Assembly: GCF_006345805.1 (NCBI RefSeq)
Contig: NC_043002.1
Span: forward strand, 1,798,001 to 1,862,000
Length of the DNA: 64,000 nt
Origin: Octopus sinensis
Taxonomy: Eukaryota
Direction: 5' to 3'
Shown here: in pieces, positions 38,081-52,705 of the stretch
How positions within the stretch are numbered: the first letter of the stretch is position 1
Layout of the letters: the number at the start of each line of letters is the position of its first letter
The notes under the pieces: model-generated
What the model saw: the letters and a program-made list of their open reading frames with translations, nothing else
What the model was told of the DNA's origin: nothing
Databases searched by the model: none
Translations under genes and position numbers: made by a program

Positions 38081-39899
38081 TTAGGGTTAACTATGAGTAC
38101 TGTAAGCTACCCGATAAAAAGTCTGAAGCAAAAAGAAAAGATAGAGAAAAGGAAGGATGTACAGGAAGAGGTAGAGAGGGATATGAGAAGTATATTTAAA
38201 CTGTTATCGTTTTAAAACAGAATGAAATGTGTGAATGAAAGGTGTAGAGGAGAGAAAGACTTATAAATACACACAGTGCTTATCTATGCTAAAATTGATT
38301 AAAATTAATATTAGTCACCCTTTAACATTATCTTTCCTCAGAATTAAATCTTGTTAATGTTATCGGCATTGAATATATCATAATTAACTTAATTATTTTC
38401 CCAGAAATCCTAAGTTTAGATCGAGGTAGCAAGACTGAGAGGTGAGAAAAATTTTAAGGAAATAAAAGACAGTTTAAGAAGTTAAAATTTCAAACTCACA
38501 CCGTTTCTATGATCACTTGGGATCAGTTCGTTTAAATAGGAAACTAATATGGGTACCACTAATAGTAATTTCTCTATCAATTCGAGTTAGGTGGACAATA
38601 CTCGGAAACTAATTTGTTGAAGTGATGGCAAGTGAATAACCAAGAAATAAGAACGTTTTTCTACTTAAAAATGACTAATTAGAAAATAGATAATTAACAA
38701 CGAGGAGCAGAACAAATTTTACGATTGGTATAAAATGTAGTGGAGATGCGGGTGAGAAAGAGGGGGAGAGGAGGAAGAGAAAACCGGCAGTGTTGCAGAA
38801 CAATGCCAATCTGACGTGATGTGAGTATAGCATGAATGTTTTCCGAATTCTGCCGAAACCATCATTCTATTCTTGACAGCTACGTTTGTCTTCAGCCATT
38901 GAAAGGAGTTTCTACATGGTCACTGAATCTGCTAAAAATATCAGGTAAATCTCACTGACATCATAACTTAATGTCTTACAAAGGAAGAACACAATAGGTA
39001 CGTCAATCCTTCATGTACTGTCTGAGATGGGGCTGCCATGGTTGAAACGTCTTGAACCCTATTTTCTGTTGTACAAGTCTTGGTCTCAAATCAAACAATA
39101 ACACCAAATGGAATTAATTATTAGTCTTTGCGGATTTTGCGAGTTGGAAACAGAAACGAAAAAGAAAATATCCATCTGTTTCTCAACGTTATTCATTACG
39201 AATGGATAAGAGTGGATGAAAATTCAAAGTCGTGGATTTGTGGTTGAAATAATAGAACCACATCACATTAAATATGGCGTATGTTCAGTAAGAAAATAAA
39301 GGCGCAACATGAAAGAATGATAAGAAATGCTGTAAGGAGCAGATGGGCCATAAGCATCGATATTGTGAGCAGACATTAGAAATAAAGATTCACTTAGAAA
39401 TATGAGGTGCACAGATATTATTGCTGTAAAATGCAGTGCTACACCACGCGCATTCAAATCCAATCAGACAAAACATTTTACAACACTGCGGAACACTATT
39501 AGAATAGCATCAAACGAAAATTGTCTCTGCCGCTAATTAAAGACAAATATGAAAACACGAAAATCGCCATTAATAAGTTCAGCAAATAAACAGCTCTCAG
39601 TCATCCATTCATGAATATTTTGTCAACCTCCTCTGTTACGTCAATGTGGTTTACGGAGCAAGTTAGATAGTGCAGAGAATATAAAACGTCCAAATTGTCA
39701 AAGAGCGCCACTTGAAACTACCCACTCTATACCTGAATGTACCTTCTTCAGTGTCTATCATTGGTGTACTCCATGCCACCACTTCCAACAACGCCCTCTT
39801 TTAATCAGATATTACGACTCGATTTATTCCTAATACATCCCAATCATTATACTAACATTCTTTGGTGAGACCATCTCAATTGTGTCTATTTTATCTGCA

Positions 39900-40290
39900 G
39901 CCCCAACGCAATAAACTCAAATACTACTCATATCAGTAAAACATTTCAGCATCGTACATTCTCTAAGTATAAGCAACGTCATTGGATGTGGTGGCAAAGA
40001 GGAGAGTGATGTAAAGAAGGAAAAGAGAGACAAAAGCAACTTCTGAAGCACACCGGAGTTGATTGAAAGTAAGATAGAGATATCTCCCTCAACACATGTT
40101 GTGTGCGCTAGATCTGGGGAGCAACTACTAAGGCAAGACATGAAACATCACTGGGCAGGCAGTTTTGATAAGAGATCCGAGGGTTACCAGCTTGATTGCG
40201 TAGAAGGTACATATGAAGGATATTGCGCCATGGTACTTTTTGTGGAGTTGAGGTCATGTTTGCCGAGCCATTGTTGATTAGGAGCAGATA
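39900..40290 (-). mobile_element. Old non-LTR RT relic (CR1/L2/Jockey group)
   Basis: LLSKLPAQ, VEGDISILLSINSGVLQ and KCFTD resemble the LLSKL / SGVPQGS / FADD region. Confidence 0.45.
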
Positions 40291-40984
40291 CTTGTAATAT
40301 TTTTGGCTTTTAGACTGTTTTGTTGAAGTCAAGTCACTACCTATTAAGAAAACTACTTCCATTTGCAGTTGAGTTACCTTTCGTTTCAATTAAAAATCCA
40401 TCTTTACAAACAGCAACAGCTTCATATTCAAGTTCCTTCCTTTCATTGCCTTCTGCTAAATCAGATTCTTCCAACAATTTTCAATTTTACATTTCCATTA
40501 TCCATTCTTCTTCGTTCAAGTCTTTTCCGCTTACTAACCCATATCTTTCCACTTCTATTAACATTTCATTCAATTTTTAAAACAAAAAACATATTATCAA
40601 TAATAACACCTTGTTTTTCAGGTATGTTTGTTTGCTTTCCTATGAAGTTCAATTAATATTTGTTTCAATCGGAATTTCTTTATGGTTCCTCACGAATGCT
40701 TCATTGTTTTGCGTCTTCACACTGTGTGCTATTAATATATTGGTCGTCACCAGCTCAAACTTTAGAAAACAACAACAACATGCACTAAATGATCAACATA
40801 CACGAAATACAGCATGAATGCTAAAAAATTATCTTTAATGATGATGAAGAATGCGAACATCTGTAATAAAACAAAAGAAATATATATATTAAAAATAAAT
40901 GACGAAAATTATATTTTGTGGTTGTTGATTATCCTATAAACCTCTCTCATACATATTAGACACATACATTCATACACTATTTTA

Positions 40985-41174
40985 TACATACATACACACA
41001 TGCATACATACACACATACGTATGTACATACATACATACATACATACATACATACATACATTATACATACATATATACATACATACATACATACATACAT
41101 TATACATACATACATTCATACATACATACATACATACATATACATATACATACATACATACATACATACATACA

Positions 41175-41207
<33 letters not shown>

Positions 41208-41262
41208 TATACATACATTCATATATACATACATACATACATACATACATATACATACATAC
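40985..41262. repeat. (TACA)n microsatellite
   Basis: Directly visible. Confidence 0.96.
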
Positions 41263-41634
41263 ATGATGGCTAGAAACTCCAGTTCGAGAATTGCCATCCC
41301 TGATCGAAAGTCCCTGACGAGCCATTTTTGTGACAGGTCATTCTTGAAACGAACGCCTGTGCAATGATGATTTTTTATAGTGGAGAAAGGATTTGCACAA
41401 ATCGAATCCCACTCTCTGATCATGGAGAAAATAAACCCGAAAAGAAGAACTAGTCTATGTCATCGAAAATTGTCAGTGTGGCAGATTTTCTCTCACGCTT
41501 TCCCTCTCATAGAGACATGTTGTGACAATAACAGAGAGCCTCCTGCTCCCAGTGGACCAACCGCGCCTGGACACCAGCCCAGCTATTTCCACGTACGCGA
41601 ACATATATACATGCATACATACAAGTCTCTCATT

Positions 41635-41901
<267 letters not shown>

Positions 41902-42114
41902 CACAATGGACGGACGCTAGTCATATCGGCTCCACGTAAGTTGGCCACTTTTACATGTTTAAAACTCCTTGTTGTCAAATATTTTGTTTTAATCGTTGTG
42001 CAAGTTCATTCACTAAAAAACCTGAGAATTACTCACGTAGAATTCCGCCCCTGTATGTGCGAAATTACCAGAAACTTTCAAAACTTTCGTTGGTTTTTTT
42101 AGCCATTTTTCATT

Positions 42115-43436
42115 TTGAAAATGGCAACTAGAAACCACGTGGCTAGCCCGCCAGTCATGCAGAACAGTAGCGAAACACTATTGCTACCACTAGCTGCTAA
42201 ACCTCGCAGCTTGAACACCGCTGTCACCACCATCACCACCACCAACAACAACAACAAAACTAGCGTCGCATTCACCAGCGCCGCGACCAAAGACATTAAC
42301 TTAGATTTCCCCCCACTCCCTACACCACTTGTCGATGATAAAAGGACGAAGAAAGGGATTTCAAAAATGAATACAGACGAAAACATGAATGCCAGTACCA
42401 CCACCATCACCACCACCAACAACAACAACGAAATGGGCACAAAGCCGCCTACCAATAACAACACCGCCAACACCAACACCACCACTACGACTTCAACTGC
42501 TACAACTAACCCTCCTGCTGCTAACACCGCCAATACCAACACCACTACCACGACTTCAACAGCTACAACTAACCCTTCTGCTTCTAACACCGTCAAATTT
42601 TAAACGAATTTTGCGGATGTGACAAAACAAAAAAGAACAATTGTAAAATTCACCACACAGGAAATAAACCGCACAAAAGCACTCTTCACCAAAGAAGGAG
42701 ACAAATTGCACCTTCACATTCCACAACACATCGTGGAAAACACACAAAAAAAACAATAATTTATAAAGTAATAAACAAGAAAACAAGACGAACAGAAAAT
42801 GTACCGCAGGAAAAAATCGAAAAATGCCTTCGTCCTGCATGGGACTCCAAGGAATATATCAGTTGGGGAAACAAATTTGGTACAGTCCAAGTACGTTTCC
42901 TCAACGAAAGTTTAGCAAAACGTTTTTCCACATTGGAGCTGCATTCGGACGACTTGGTAATGATACTAGTCTATTTAAACAAAAGGGTCACGAAAGTCCA
43001 AATAAAAAATATACCACTTGAAGTCGAAACACAATGGTTAGTCTCTGCCATCTGCTTTGAAATGACAGAGACAATGTCAGAGACAAACATCCTTGAAATC
43101 GCTGTTCTAGGAGAGAAAGACTATGTGGGAAAATCAATCGAATTCCTGCTTCAATTGGATGAAGCAGCAAGAGAGAAGATACCCACCCCTATAGAACTGC
43201 CAGGAGGCTACAAACTCTATGTAGTGGTAGAGGGCAGGCGACCACGCTGCTATTTGTGTGGAAGCCAAACACACTTGAAAAAGACGTGCCCAACCACTGC
43301 ACACCAAGAGCAACAACAACCACTACCACAACCAAAGCACTCCGGAAAAAAAGCTCTACTACCCACACCACCATCAACACAGAAGACGACAAGAGAAGCA
43401 CACCAAGCAAATCCGTCATCAACCAAAGATAGATAG
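42115..43436 (+). pseudogene. L1/Tx1-clade ORF1 (gag-like) with CCHC zinc knuckle, disrupted; no ORF2
   Basis: Thr/Asn-rich N-terminus, stops at 42601 and near 42766, frameshift near 42865, then FGTVQVRFLNESLAKRF...TKVQIKNIP...IPTPIELPGGYKLYVVVEGRRPRCYLCGSQTHLKKTCP; runs into (AGAT)n. Confidence 0.78.
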
Positions 43437-43443
43437 ATCGATC

Positions 43444-43506
<63 letters not shown>

Positions 43507-43507
43507 G

Positions 43508-43594
<87 letters not shown>

Positions 43595-43607
43595 GATAGA
43601 TAGATAG
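43427..43607. repeat. (AGAT)n microsatellite
   Basis: About 180 bp, nearly pure. Confidence 0.98.
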
Positions 43608-44007
43608 TACTTTCTCTCGATGTTGAGATGTTATTGGTCGAAAATTGCAATCCGATGGTACAACGCGAAATTAGTTGAGTATTTCGGTTAATTATTAAGT
43701 TGCATTTCTATTATGCACCATTCCTCATTCATTTATTATCATTTACTTGACAACAAATGCACTTTATTGTTGTTATACAATCCTGGATTGACAGGTTTAA
43801 ATATCATTAATTCTTTAATTAATTTATACTGGTTAATTACTGAGGCCTTCTGTTAGTACTTCTCTTTAAGCACACCGACGGCCAAGTAATCGCATGAAGG
43901 GTTACTGAATTGATTGCCTGTATTTAAAATATTTCTACTGATAATGTGTTCAAATGAGTGCGTGTATGTGTATGCGCGCACACACATACTTACACACATG
44001 TCGTTTA

Positions 44008-44340
44008 TTTGTCTCAGTCATTAGACTGCGACCATGATGGTGTACCACCTTTAAGTGTTTATCCGCTTGAATCTACACCAATAATCTTTTTTTTAAGCCT
44101 AGGATTAATTCCAGCGAACATCTTCTTGCCAAAACGCTAAGTTAAGAGGACGTAAATGAAGCAACACTGGTTGTCAAGTGGTGCTGAGGACCAAAGCAGA
44201 CACTCACACACATACACGACGGGCTTCTTTTTGTTTCCCTCAACCTAATCCACTCAGCCCAGGGATACTGTCCAGTGTGCCAGCAGCGAGACCGATCCAG
44301 GAATTAGGTGGATGAAAAGCAAGTTTCTTATCAGACGGAC
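44008..44340 (-). mobile_element. Degenerate full-length SINE, family A
   Basis: Collinear with 45363-45810, including the internal (CA) tract and the CGACGGGCTTCTT junction. Confidence 0.7.
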
Positions 44341-44396
44341 ACGCCTACATCTTGCAGGGTTTATTGAAACTGAATTTTATTTTCGTTTGAAGATCG

Positions 44397-44438
<42 letters not shown>

Positions 44439-45185
44439 TGTATGTTTCCGTACTTATTAATACACAACATCTCACAATGTCGCAGCTTCCGATTTGTGGA
44501 ACTTTTTCACAATGCATTGAAATGTTTTGTTTCATAGTTACAAAGTCACGTGTCATGAATGCTTTGAGAAAAATCATTGGAATCGATACCGTTTCAATGG
44601 AACTTTCAGGAACTTTGGTCTTCTGAATAGTAGTGTATTTTATGAAAAAGCTAATTCGATAAACAGTTGCAAAGACTATGAAATAAATCTAAATCATATT
44701 TTGATTGCCTTTCAACTGCTGGTTGCTGAATTATTGTCCAAAATAGAAAACCATACAATCTTAATTAATATCAGTATATAACAGAATATATTCAATTTAT
44801 AATGAAATATCAGGCTCTCTCTTATATTTCCTTGTAATATACTCTTGAGATCACTTTTAAAAAGGGATTATTTTACGTTATTTATAGCTATTTATTCTTT
44901 CAATATTTTCCATTTCTTTCTATTTATTTCACTATTTAAACCGCCAGAAAATTGAAAATGTAAGTTTTGGCGAGCGTGAAGAATGAGTATAAGCAAAAAT
45001 AGTGAAAGATGATTTACTTGGAATGAAAATTATGGCCAAGCCCATTCGTCGTTGGGGAGTTATAGATTGTCGTAATCTTATAAAGCGCTTGAAAATGGTA
45101 TGAACCTTGGAATGTACACATAAACCACCAAAGTAACCTTTTCTATTCGTGTAAAAACAATTAACGCCTAAAACATACCCATTTC

Positions 45186-45322
45186 TTTGCCTTTCATCCT
45201 TTTGGGGTTGATAAATTAAGTACCAGTTACGCACTGGGGTCGATATAATCGCCTTAATCCGTTTATCTGTCCTTGTTTGTCCTCTCTGTGTTTAGCCCCT
45301 TGTGGGTAGTAAAGAAATAGGT
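45186..45322 (+). mobile_element. SINE family B, 3' part
   Basis: GCCTTTCATCCTTTTGGGGTTGATAAATTAAGTACCAGTTACGCACTGGGGTCGATATAATCG core. Confidence 0.8.
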
Positions 45323-45362
45323 AATATGGGATCTATTTATAATACGTTTAACGTGCATAATA

Positions 45363-45575
45363 TTCTCTTTACTCTTTTACTTGTTTCAGTCATTTGACTG
45401 CGGCCATGCTGGAGCACCGCTTTTAGTCGATCAAATCGACCCCGGAACTTATTCTTTGTAAGCCCAGTACTTATTCTATCGATCTCTTTTGCCGAACCGC
45501 TAAGTGGCGGGGACGTAGACACACCAGCATCGGTTGTCAAGCAATGCTAGGGGGACAAACACAGACACAGACACA

Positions 45576-45650
<75 letters not shown>

Positions 45651-45810
45651 TAAAACAGGCTTCTTTCAGTTTCCGTCTACCAAATCCACTCACAAGGCAT
45701 TGGTCGGCCCGGGGCTATGGCAGAAGACACTTGCCCAAGATGCCACGCAGTGGGACTGAACCCGCAACCATGTGGTTTGTTAGCAAGCTACTTACCACAC
45801 AGCCACGCCT
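45363..45810 (-). mobile_element. Full-length tRNA-derived SINE, family A, with internal microsatellite
   Basis: Minus strand A-box TGGCTGTGTGG, B-box GGTTCAGTCCC (45752-45762), internal (TA)n(TG)n, 3' domain and GTAAAAGAG-type tail. Confidence 0.92.
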
Positions 45811-46645
45811 ATATTGTGCAAGAAATTATTTTAGATTTCGCTTAAAATATATCTTTGCTATTGTTGTATGGTAACATATGTTTGTTATGTAAGGAAAATG
45901 CCATAAGCAAGGCATGAACACGGTCAATACATTGGTGTATACCAAATTTTTACAAGTTACGACCACCTGATTTATTTATGATATTCTGTTTTGTTGCTAT
46001 TTCGAATTTCTGATCATGGTTTAAAAGAGGTTTGTGAGTCGATTTGAAAAGTTTTATTTGTTGTATAACAATTTTTATTCAAGCGAATACAAGTCAACGG
46101 ATGTGTGTTTAACTAAGACAATTTTCAGCGAAAATGTTACAATGACCTGTAGATTCACAACCCGAATCAGAATTAAATAGTGCAAAATTACAACAGTTCA
46201 TTAAATGTTTTTTCAGATTTGAGCGACTTTTTCTTTATTCACAAGAAATATGTATGATTCGCCGACTAAATTCTACTATGAGAAGATTAAGGAATAATGC
46301 TATTTTTCTATTAGATATTGTTTGCAGTGTAGTTCGTTTTTGAAAGAACAGGTGCGTGCAATTTCTGCGTAAGATACTTCGAAGATTATACACTGCTATA
46401 GTTTGGTCTGAAAACGATTCTCAACGTGGTCTATAATCAAATTGTTTCTTTGCTTCCTCTGACTTTTGCTTAGATATCACTGGCAAGAATCAAAGTGTTT
46501 GACACTTTAGGAAATAGAATACACCATTGTTTGTTTCCGTAGATTCAAACAAATCCCTGTCAAAACTAGTTTAGCGAGATTCCATACTGAGCGTATTGAG
46601 AACAATGGAAAGGAAGTCTCTGGTCCAGTGTCCTTATACAATAGG

Positions 46646-46890
46646 AAAGATGGCAGACGTGTTCGTAAATATTGATCTCATGTATTATTTGTACAGTTTG
46701 GTTACCGAGGAAGGAGAATGTTTTGCGTGCAGAGTTGCAGATAAAACAGGCAGTATTGTAGGTTCGTTGTTAGATTTATTGTTATTTACTGAAGGAAATT
46801 TAGCTGTAGAGTGACCTGTAGGAGAATTCTACGAGCGTTATAGGATTGGAAAGGGCCCAGCAGACACTCATAGCAATTTGAGTGAGATGG
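46646..46890 (+). pseudogene. NABP/SOSS-B-like OB-fold ssDNA-binding protein fragment
   Basis: CRVADKTGSIVGSLLD versus CKVADKTGSINISVWD of NABP proteins; KDGRRVR upstream in another frame; LLLFTEG and VGEFYERY downstream past a stop. Confidence 0.45.
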
Positions 46891-48599
46891 CATTCTACCT
46901 TTAATACTTTTGTTTGAAATCCGGTTTCTGATGTTTGAAAGAAAGTCAGAAAAATCGAAATAAATCGAAATAAGATTTATGAACTGCGAGATTAGACGCT
47001 ATTCAGCGTAGTTTTAGTCACGTGTACGTAAAGGAGATACTATAAGTGTTGTTAGCACATTGACCCTTCCTTGTGGTCAGTTTGTATTTGTGAAGAAAAC
47101 CACATGTATAAATCCACGCATTCTCATGCGTGGATGAATGAAGTCAAAGACGATGTCTTTCTTTTTTATGATATTTTAATTATACACAAAATGTGATCGT
47201 GTGTCGTGATGCCTCTTCGATTTGAATTTTGTAAGGTTTAAAAATCATCGATACGCAATTCAGATCGCTAGATTTGAGAAACTGACAATGTTGGTAGTAC
47301 GGATTGTTGATGATGTTGGGGAGAAGAGTAACTCCATCAACATCTAAATGTTTAGGAGGTTATTTCAGATGGTGAAACTAGAATTGATTTTAATCTTTGG
47401 AATTTCCCTAACGCTGTTGTTCTGTTTTATGAAAGGCGTCAATACCATGTTCTAAATAAGAAATGTCTACTTTGCGTTCCATTTTTCGCCGTCTCTATTG
47501 TTTAGAATTGGTGATGGGCTTTTTCTTGTTTGGTGAGGGTAAGTTGTTACTGGAAGTTTCTCTCTAGTCTGATGCAATTTGACCATTGCTAAAATTGTTA
47601 CTGGTTCTGCTTATTTTGTTGACTGTTTTACTACTTATTTTGGATTTCAATTCAGCTACCAATATTGTGCTAGTCTTTGGCGTGCTGCCACATTTAGCTG
47701 CTTAATATCTAATTAGATTTATGTTGTATGTTAGGTTGGCCTGTTGCATTTCTATTTGTTGCTCCTTTTTTATTTGATACTATCTTTCATCTTTGTAATT
47801 ATGGTTGTATTCTCATGTTGATTATCGGGATATGTATTTTCGTTAAATGTGTGTTGAGCTAAATCTATATTGTTGAATGTAGTCTCATTGGATTCTGGCA
47901 AATGTAATTCTATCATTCAGTGAAAATGGTTCTACTGGGATATTGTGGTAGTTTATTTCCATGCAAGTATATATATTTTTTCCCATTGATCTACGAGCGT
48001 GTTGAGAGGTTGATAGCCAGGTGATTGGAGAAGAATTGGTAAATTGTTGTTTGCGGTATGTTTCAGTAGTCAAATGAGGTGGGGTGGGTGGGGTGGATGA
48101 AAAGGAAGGAGAAAAAAATGAAAGGAATTATTGGAGTTCACATAGTCTTTAGAAATTATTGACGTTAACGTAGTTTATTGTTGTTGGGGGGGAGTGGGTT
48201 TAGGTTGGAAATGGAATTTGGTTTTGATCTTATTGGAACCCATCCAGTGTTATATGAATTAAGTTTTATAACAAGACGTGTCGTGCGTATTGAAGTATTT
48301 CCCTTGTGATACTGTGTGAGTATGTGTTGCGATAATTTAGTTTAAAAAGTGTTCACTATCGGAAAGAGAGTGAAGACGATGCTGGTTTAATAGGTTTATT
48401 CTGTTAATGTGTTCCCGTTTACTTTATTTATTCAGACTGTTTATAAATCGAGTATATTTTCGATACCTATTAGACTCTAATACATGTCGAAAATATACTA
48501 ATATTTAGAGTAAAAGTAACTTTCGTGATGTGCTGTATACTTTACTGCTTTCTGCTTGTTTGTTTCTTCTGTTATTGATAAATGAATGTTGTGTGTGAT

Positions 48600-48960
48600 G
48601 TTGAATAATTTTCAATTCTATGAAAGTATGTTTTAGACGTTTTTTTTATTGTATCGTAATAGATTTAATTCAATGGTGGGTTATACAGTGGATTCCGTTG
48701 GTTGTAGGTGAGTATTTTGTGATTGTGTTGTTTACATTTAGTATATTACTTGTGTTTGTTGTTACTATGTTCGCGTTGGTATATCTAGGGAATCTAATGG
48801 ACGATAATGGTAGTACATCCAGATGATTTTAGTTTATTTATTCTTGTGATTCTCGAGAATATTTAAACCTGTTTTCGTGGTGTTTTAAAACTGAACTTAC
48901 AATCTCCTTTTAGAATTTATTTCTTCCTATATTAAAGTGTCCTTGTTTTATATCATAATC
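48600..48960 (-). mobile_element. Possible second Penelope GIY-YIG relic
   Basis: HFNIGRNKF...HHENRFKY...KYSPTTNGIHC loosely follows the GIY-YIG pattern; lies in a strand-skewed degraded region. Confidence 0.28.
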
Positions 48961-51900
48961 GTTAAACGACAACATCGGTGGTTATAGTTTTCCCATAGGT
49001 CAGTTAATGTCTAAATATATTCTGATGTGCAAAGTCCCAGTTGAGTATCTTTACCTCGGTGAGGAACAAATGCTACAATAGACTTGGTTCAAAATGTAAC
49101 GATGTTTTGCATTTTCGCCGATATCTGTTTTCTTCATTGATATATTCTGGTGAATCATATAAATCGCCACATTTAAAAACATGTATTTAAACATACATAG
49201 GTTCATACAGGCATGTCTACATCTATTCATAGAGATGAAGATCATGAATAGAGTTTCCAGTGACTAGGTCCCTTTGAAATTTTTGCTCAACTTGCACCGG
49301 ATGTAGCGCTCTGGAATCGAACTTGAAACCATTCGGGCACAAGGTAATCGTTGTAATTACACATCCATTCTTTTATTTGTCAGTGTTTGTCATTTTTAAC
49401 CATTAGCAAGACACATGTTATTACGCCGGTGGTGGGTGGTACCACTTTTCGCGATGGTACTTTAACAGCAATACATGGTCTTTTTTATCCCTCTGTAAGT
49501 TAGCATATCCCAAAGCGTGATCCCTTTGTTACTCCTTAAGACTTTCTCTGGTGTATGTTTATGGCACCTTTCTCTCGTTCTTTCATTCTGCTGCCAATGA
49601 AAGCTCCAACTTTGTCATGCATGTAGAACTATTCACTTGTGGCTACAACTGGAAAGTCAGAAACCACGTGATTAAATATTTCTTCCAAACCGGCAGAGAT
49701 GAGCTAAACATGTTTATTATGCTGCATTGAATGCTTTTGCTCGTTTCCGGTCGTAAAGTTTTGCCTTATACCTAAAAAAACCCATTCTCTTGCAACTCCA
49801 ATCCCTACACTGCCCAGCCATCGCCGAGATTTTCCTTCATCCCTGCTTTCAATTTTATCGTGTATTACCATAGTTTTCATATCGCATTCTCTAACATTAT
49901 GTTCAGTTATTACTTTCTTAACAGAGTTATTATTTCTACATTCTCATCACAAGATTCATTTCACTCATATATTTACTGGTTTCCTTTAATCAAAAAGCAG
50001 TGGTTTATTTGATTTTGTCTTGCAGTTTTGTTTTGTTTTGTGGATGTGGTTGCATTAATTACCATTTTAGTTATACTAGACATCTTTGTGGTCCAGCACT
50101 GGATGTTCTATAATACGTTTTTTTCCTTCTAATTGCAGGAAACCTCTTCTCCTTCTATATTCTATAACTATAATCTTTCTCTTTCGGATTTTGGTAGCGT
50201 ATTCGACATAAAATCTCTATTATCTTGTTTCCGAAGCTAGCCTTCGTAAAGCATTTCATGTTCACTATGATATATCATAACTGTAACCTGTAGCGATTAT
50301 TATTGTCCTGTAGTTTTATTTTTCTGCTATTTACCTAATGTGTCTGTAATATTCTTTCCTGACTTTTCCTTTATATGTTTGCGTATTGTTCCATGGTTGA
50401 ACTCATTAATGCATAAATATGTTTGCTTTGATATGCTTAGATATGCTTCTTTATCTAACGTAATATTAATTGGGTTAATAAATATTTCTCTTTCAAAATT
50501 TATCCTGCTACATTTTATAAACTAGAATTTCATATAAATTATTCCTTCAGTAAATCAGTGAATTTATTACTTATAATAATGTTTCCATTTATCTATCGTC
50601 TGCAGCATACAAAATGACGTCATTCACATTCAAACGACAGTTGATTATTTTTCGATACCATTTATTACTGAGTGCAGCTTACTTTAAATGTTTAAGGACG
50701 TTAACAGTTTCCAGAAAAGAAATGACAAGAGGGGGTTGGTTTAAAATGTTCTTTTTCTAATAGAAACGGTTAGAACATTTTTAATTCCCTCCACTTTGTG
50801 CTTCTGTGAAATTGGTTTCCTTTAAGTTATGCCATGTTTAAAAGCAATCAATCGATGCTCAGAGCTTCTGTCAGCATTCAGCCACGGCTTCGTTATTCAG
50901 TAATTTATTCTGTACTGTCAGATAAGCTTGTGTAACCAACATTTTAATGATATTATTTCTACTACTAGATAATCGTTATGTTCATTTTCCATACATAAAT
51001 CTTTCTGATATTTTCTGTTATTCATACTTTCGTTCATGTCTATCACTTTCCGGATTTGTGGACCAAATGCAAAGGTTCGAGTTTCCATGTTGGCTGTTGA
51101 TATTTCTATTGTTGATAGCTATTTATGTCCACGATTTCCCTTCTCGAACTCATACAGATCAAAGATTATAATCCCATTGTCTTAATTTTATGTTGTTTTG
51201 TTTGTATTTCGTTATATTATGTTGCTGTTTTTGTCTTTTAGATTTCAATTTCTGTGCTTGGCATCTTTCTACAAATAGTTATGCATTAATTAGTTGGTAT
51301 TTCGATATGCAGTTTTTACCATTAGATCCTGGTTTATTTCTCTACAATACTCTATGTGTGCATTTTGTGAGTTTCGCAGAACGTCATTTCAGGTTTCATA
51401 AGTCGTACTCGAAATAGGGATTCTCTTATGAATACAAAGCCTAATGATATGATCTTCATTAGTGTTTATCGTTTACTGAATCGGACGCATCCCTATTATG
51501 ACAGTTCCCTGTTAGTAGGTTTATACATACTGGGTATCCGTTAATTGACGTAAAATTGCAATGCACTGTGGGACAATCGTCGATACATTTTCACTAAGTT
51601 AAAATGTTTTTGGAGTATATATCATTCAATATTCTTTAAAGTATTCGGTATTACTTCGGTGGTATTCGATTCATGAGCCCATAAGATGTTGGAGGAGAGG
51701 GATCAGCTCAGTATCAGCGTCTATCTCTTTCTCGACGGTACTACATTGTTCTTCCAGGCCCTTAATATTACCGTCATTTTTGTCATCACAAATCCTCCGT
51801 TTTTTTTTGTTCATTTTATTGATAACTTTTCAAGAAACGTCCGCATTTCTTAATGGTGACATTTGAAGTCGAAATATGAAAGCTTTACCAGACGGTTTTT

Positions 51901-52643
51901 ACCATACTTCTAACCCTTTTTATAGCTTATGCAGAACTTATGTCTTTATTTTCTTTTAGTAAGATGTCTTGCTTTATCTACAAGTGTCAAATCTAAATAT
52001 AGAAATTCTATAGACGTTCTCTATTTGTACAAGATTTCTATTTTGTCAAACGGTATAAGTCATGTGAGCATTTTGATGAGTTTTATTATTAATGCATTTT
52101 TTTTCTTTCCTGTTCGCGATTCTTTATAATGCTTAGGTTTTCACTGTTGTAAGACAAAAATAAAAATGTCTTTCTATCATGACGGAAAATCTCAGAAAAT
52201 ATATTTTTAGATTATTACACATTCCAAGAACTGTGGATTTTTGCATGTGATTGATGCTTGCTTTCACTTATTTTCACTGGAGGTTTGATTGTTGTTTAAC
52301 CCTAGGTCAGCCTCCATAACTATGATCACAGGTTGTCCATACATAAACTTATCATAGCTCTGTATTTGAAGGTCTACAGTGTGCAATATATCCATATTCA
52401 TTTTAGTCTTCCGTTATGATTTAAAAAGACTTGACTGTTATTTCTTGAAGATGGAGCAATAACGCGCAGGATTGCCCGTTGGTTTCTGTTCAAACAGGTT
52501 TCTCTGTAGAGAAACACTTGACGGAAATACTTAGAGCAAATTATTTACAATATTGAAGGTTTCATAGAAACAAACATTTAGTAATGTACTCACGTTTTTT
52601 GTTTACCGAACTGTGCATCACACACACACACACACACACACAT

Positions 52644-52705
<62 letters not shown>

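Noticed and set aside
41310-41355. CTGACGA...GAAAC as a hammerhead
   Set aside because: No credible stems.
42099-42596. Hydrophobic minus-strand ORF (membrane-protein impression)
   Set aside because: Antisense of the ACC/AAC-rich ORF1 N-terminus.
45720-45810. tRNA gene
   Set aside because: A/B boxes belong to a SINE head; no cloverleaf. The same applies to the other SINE copies.
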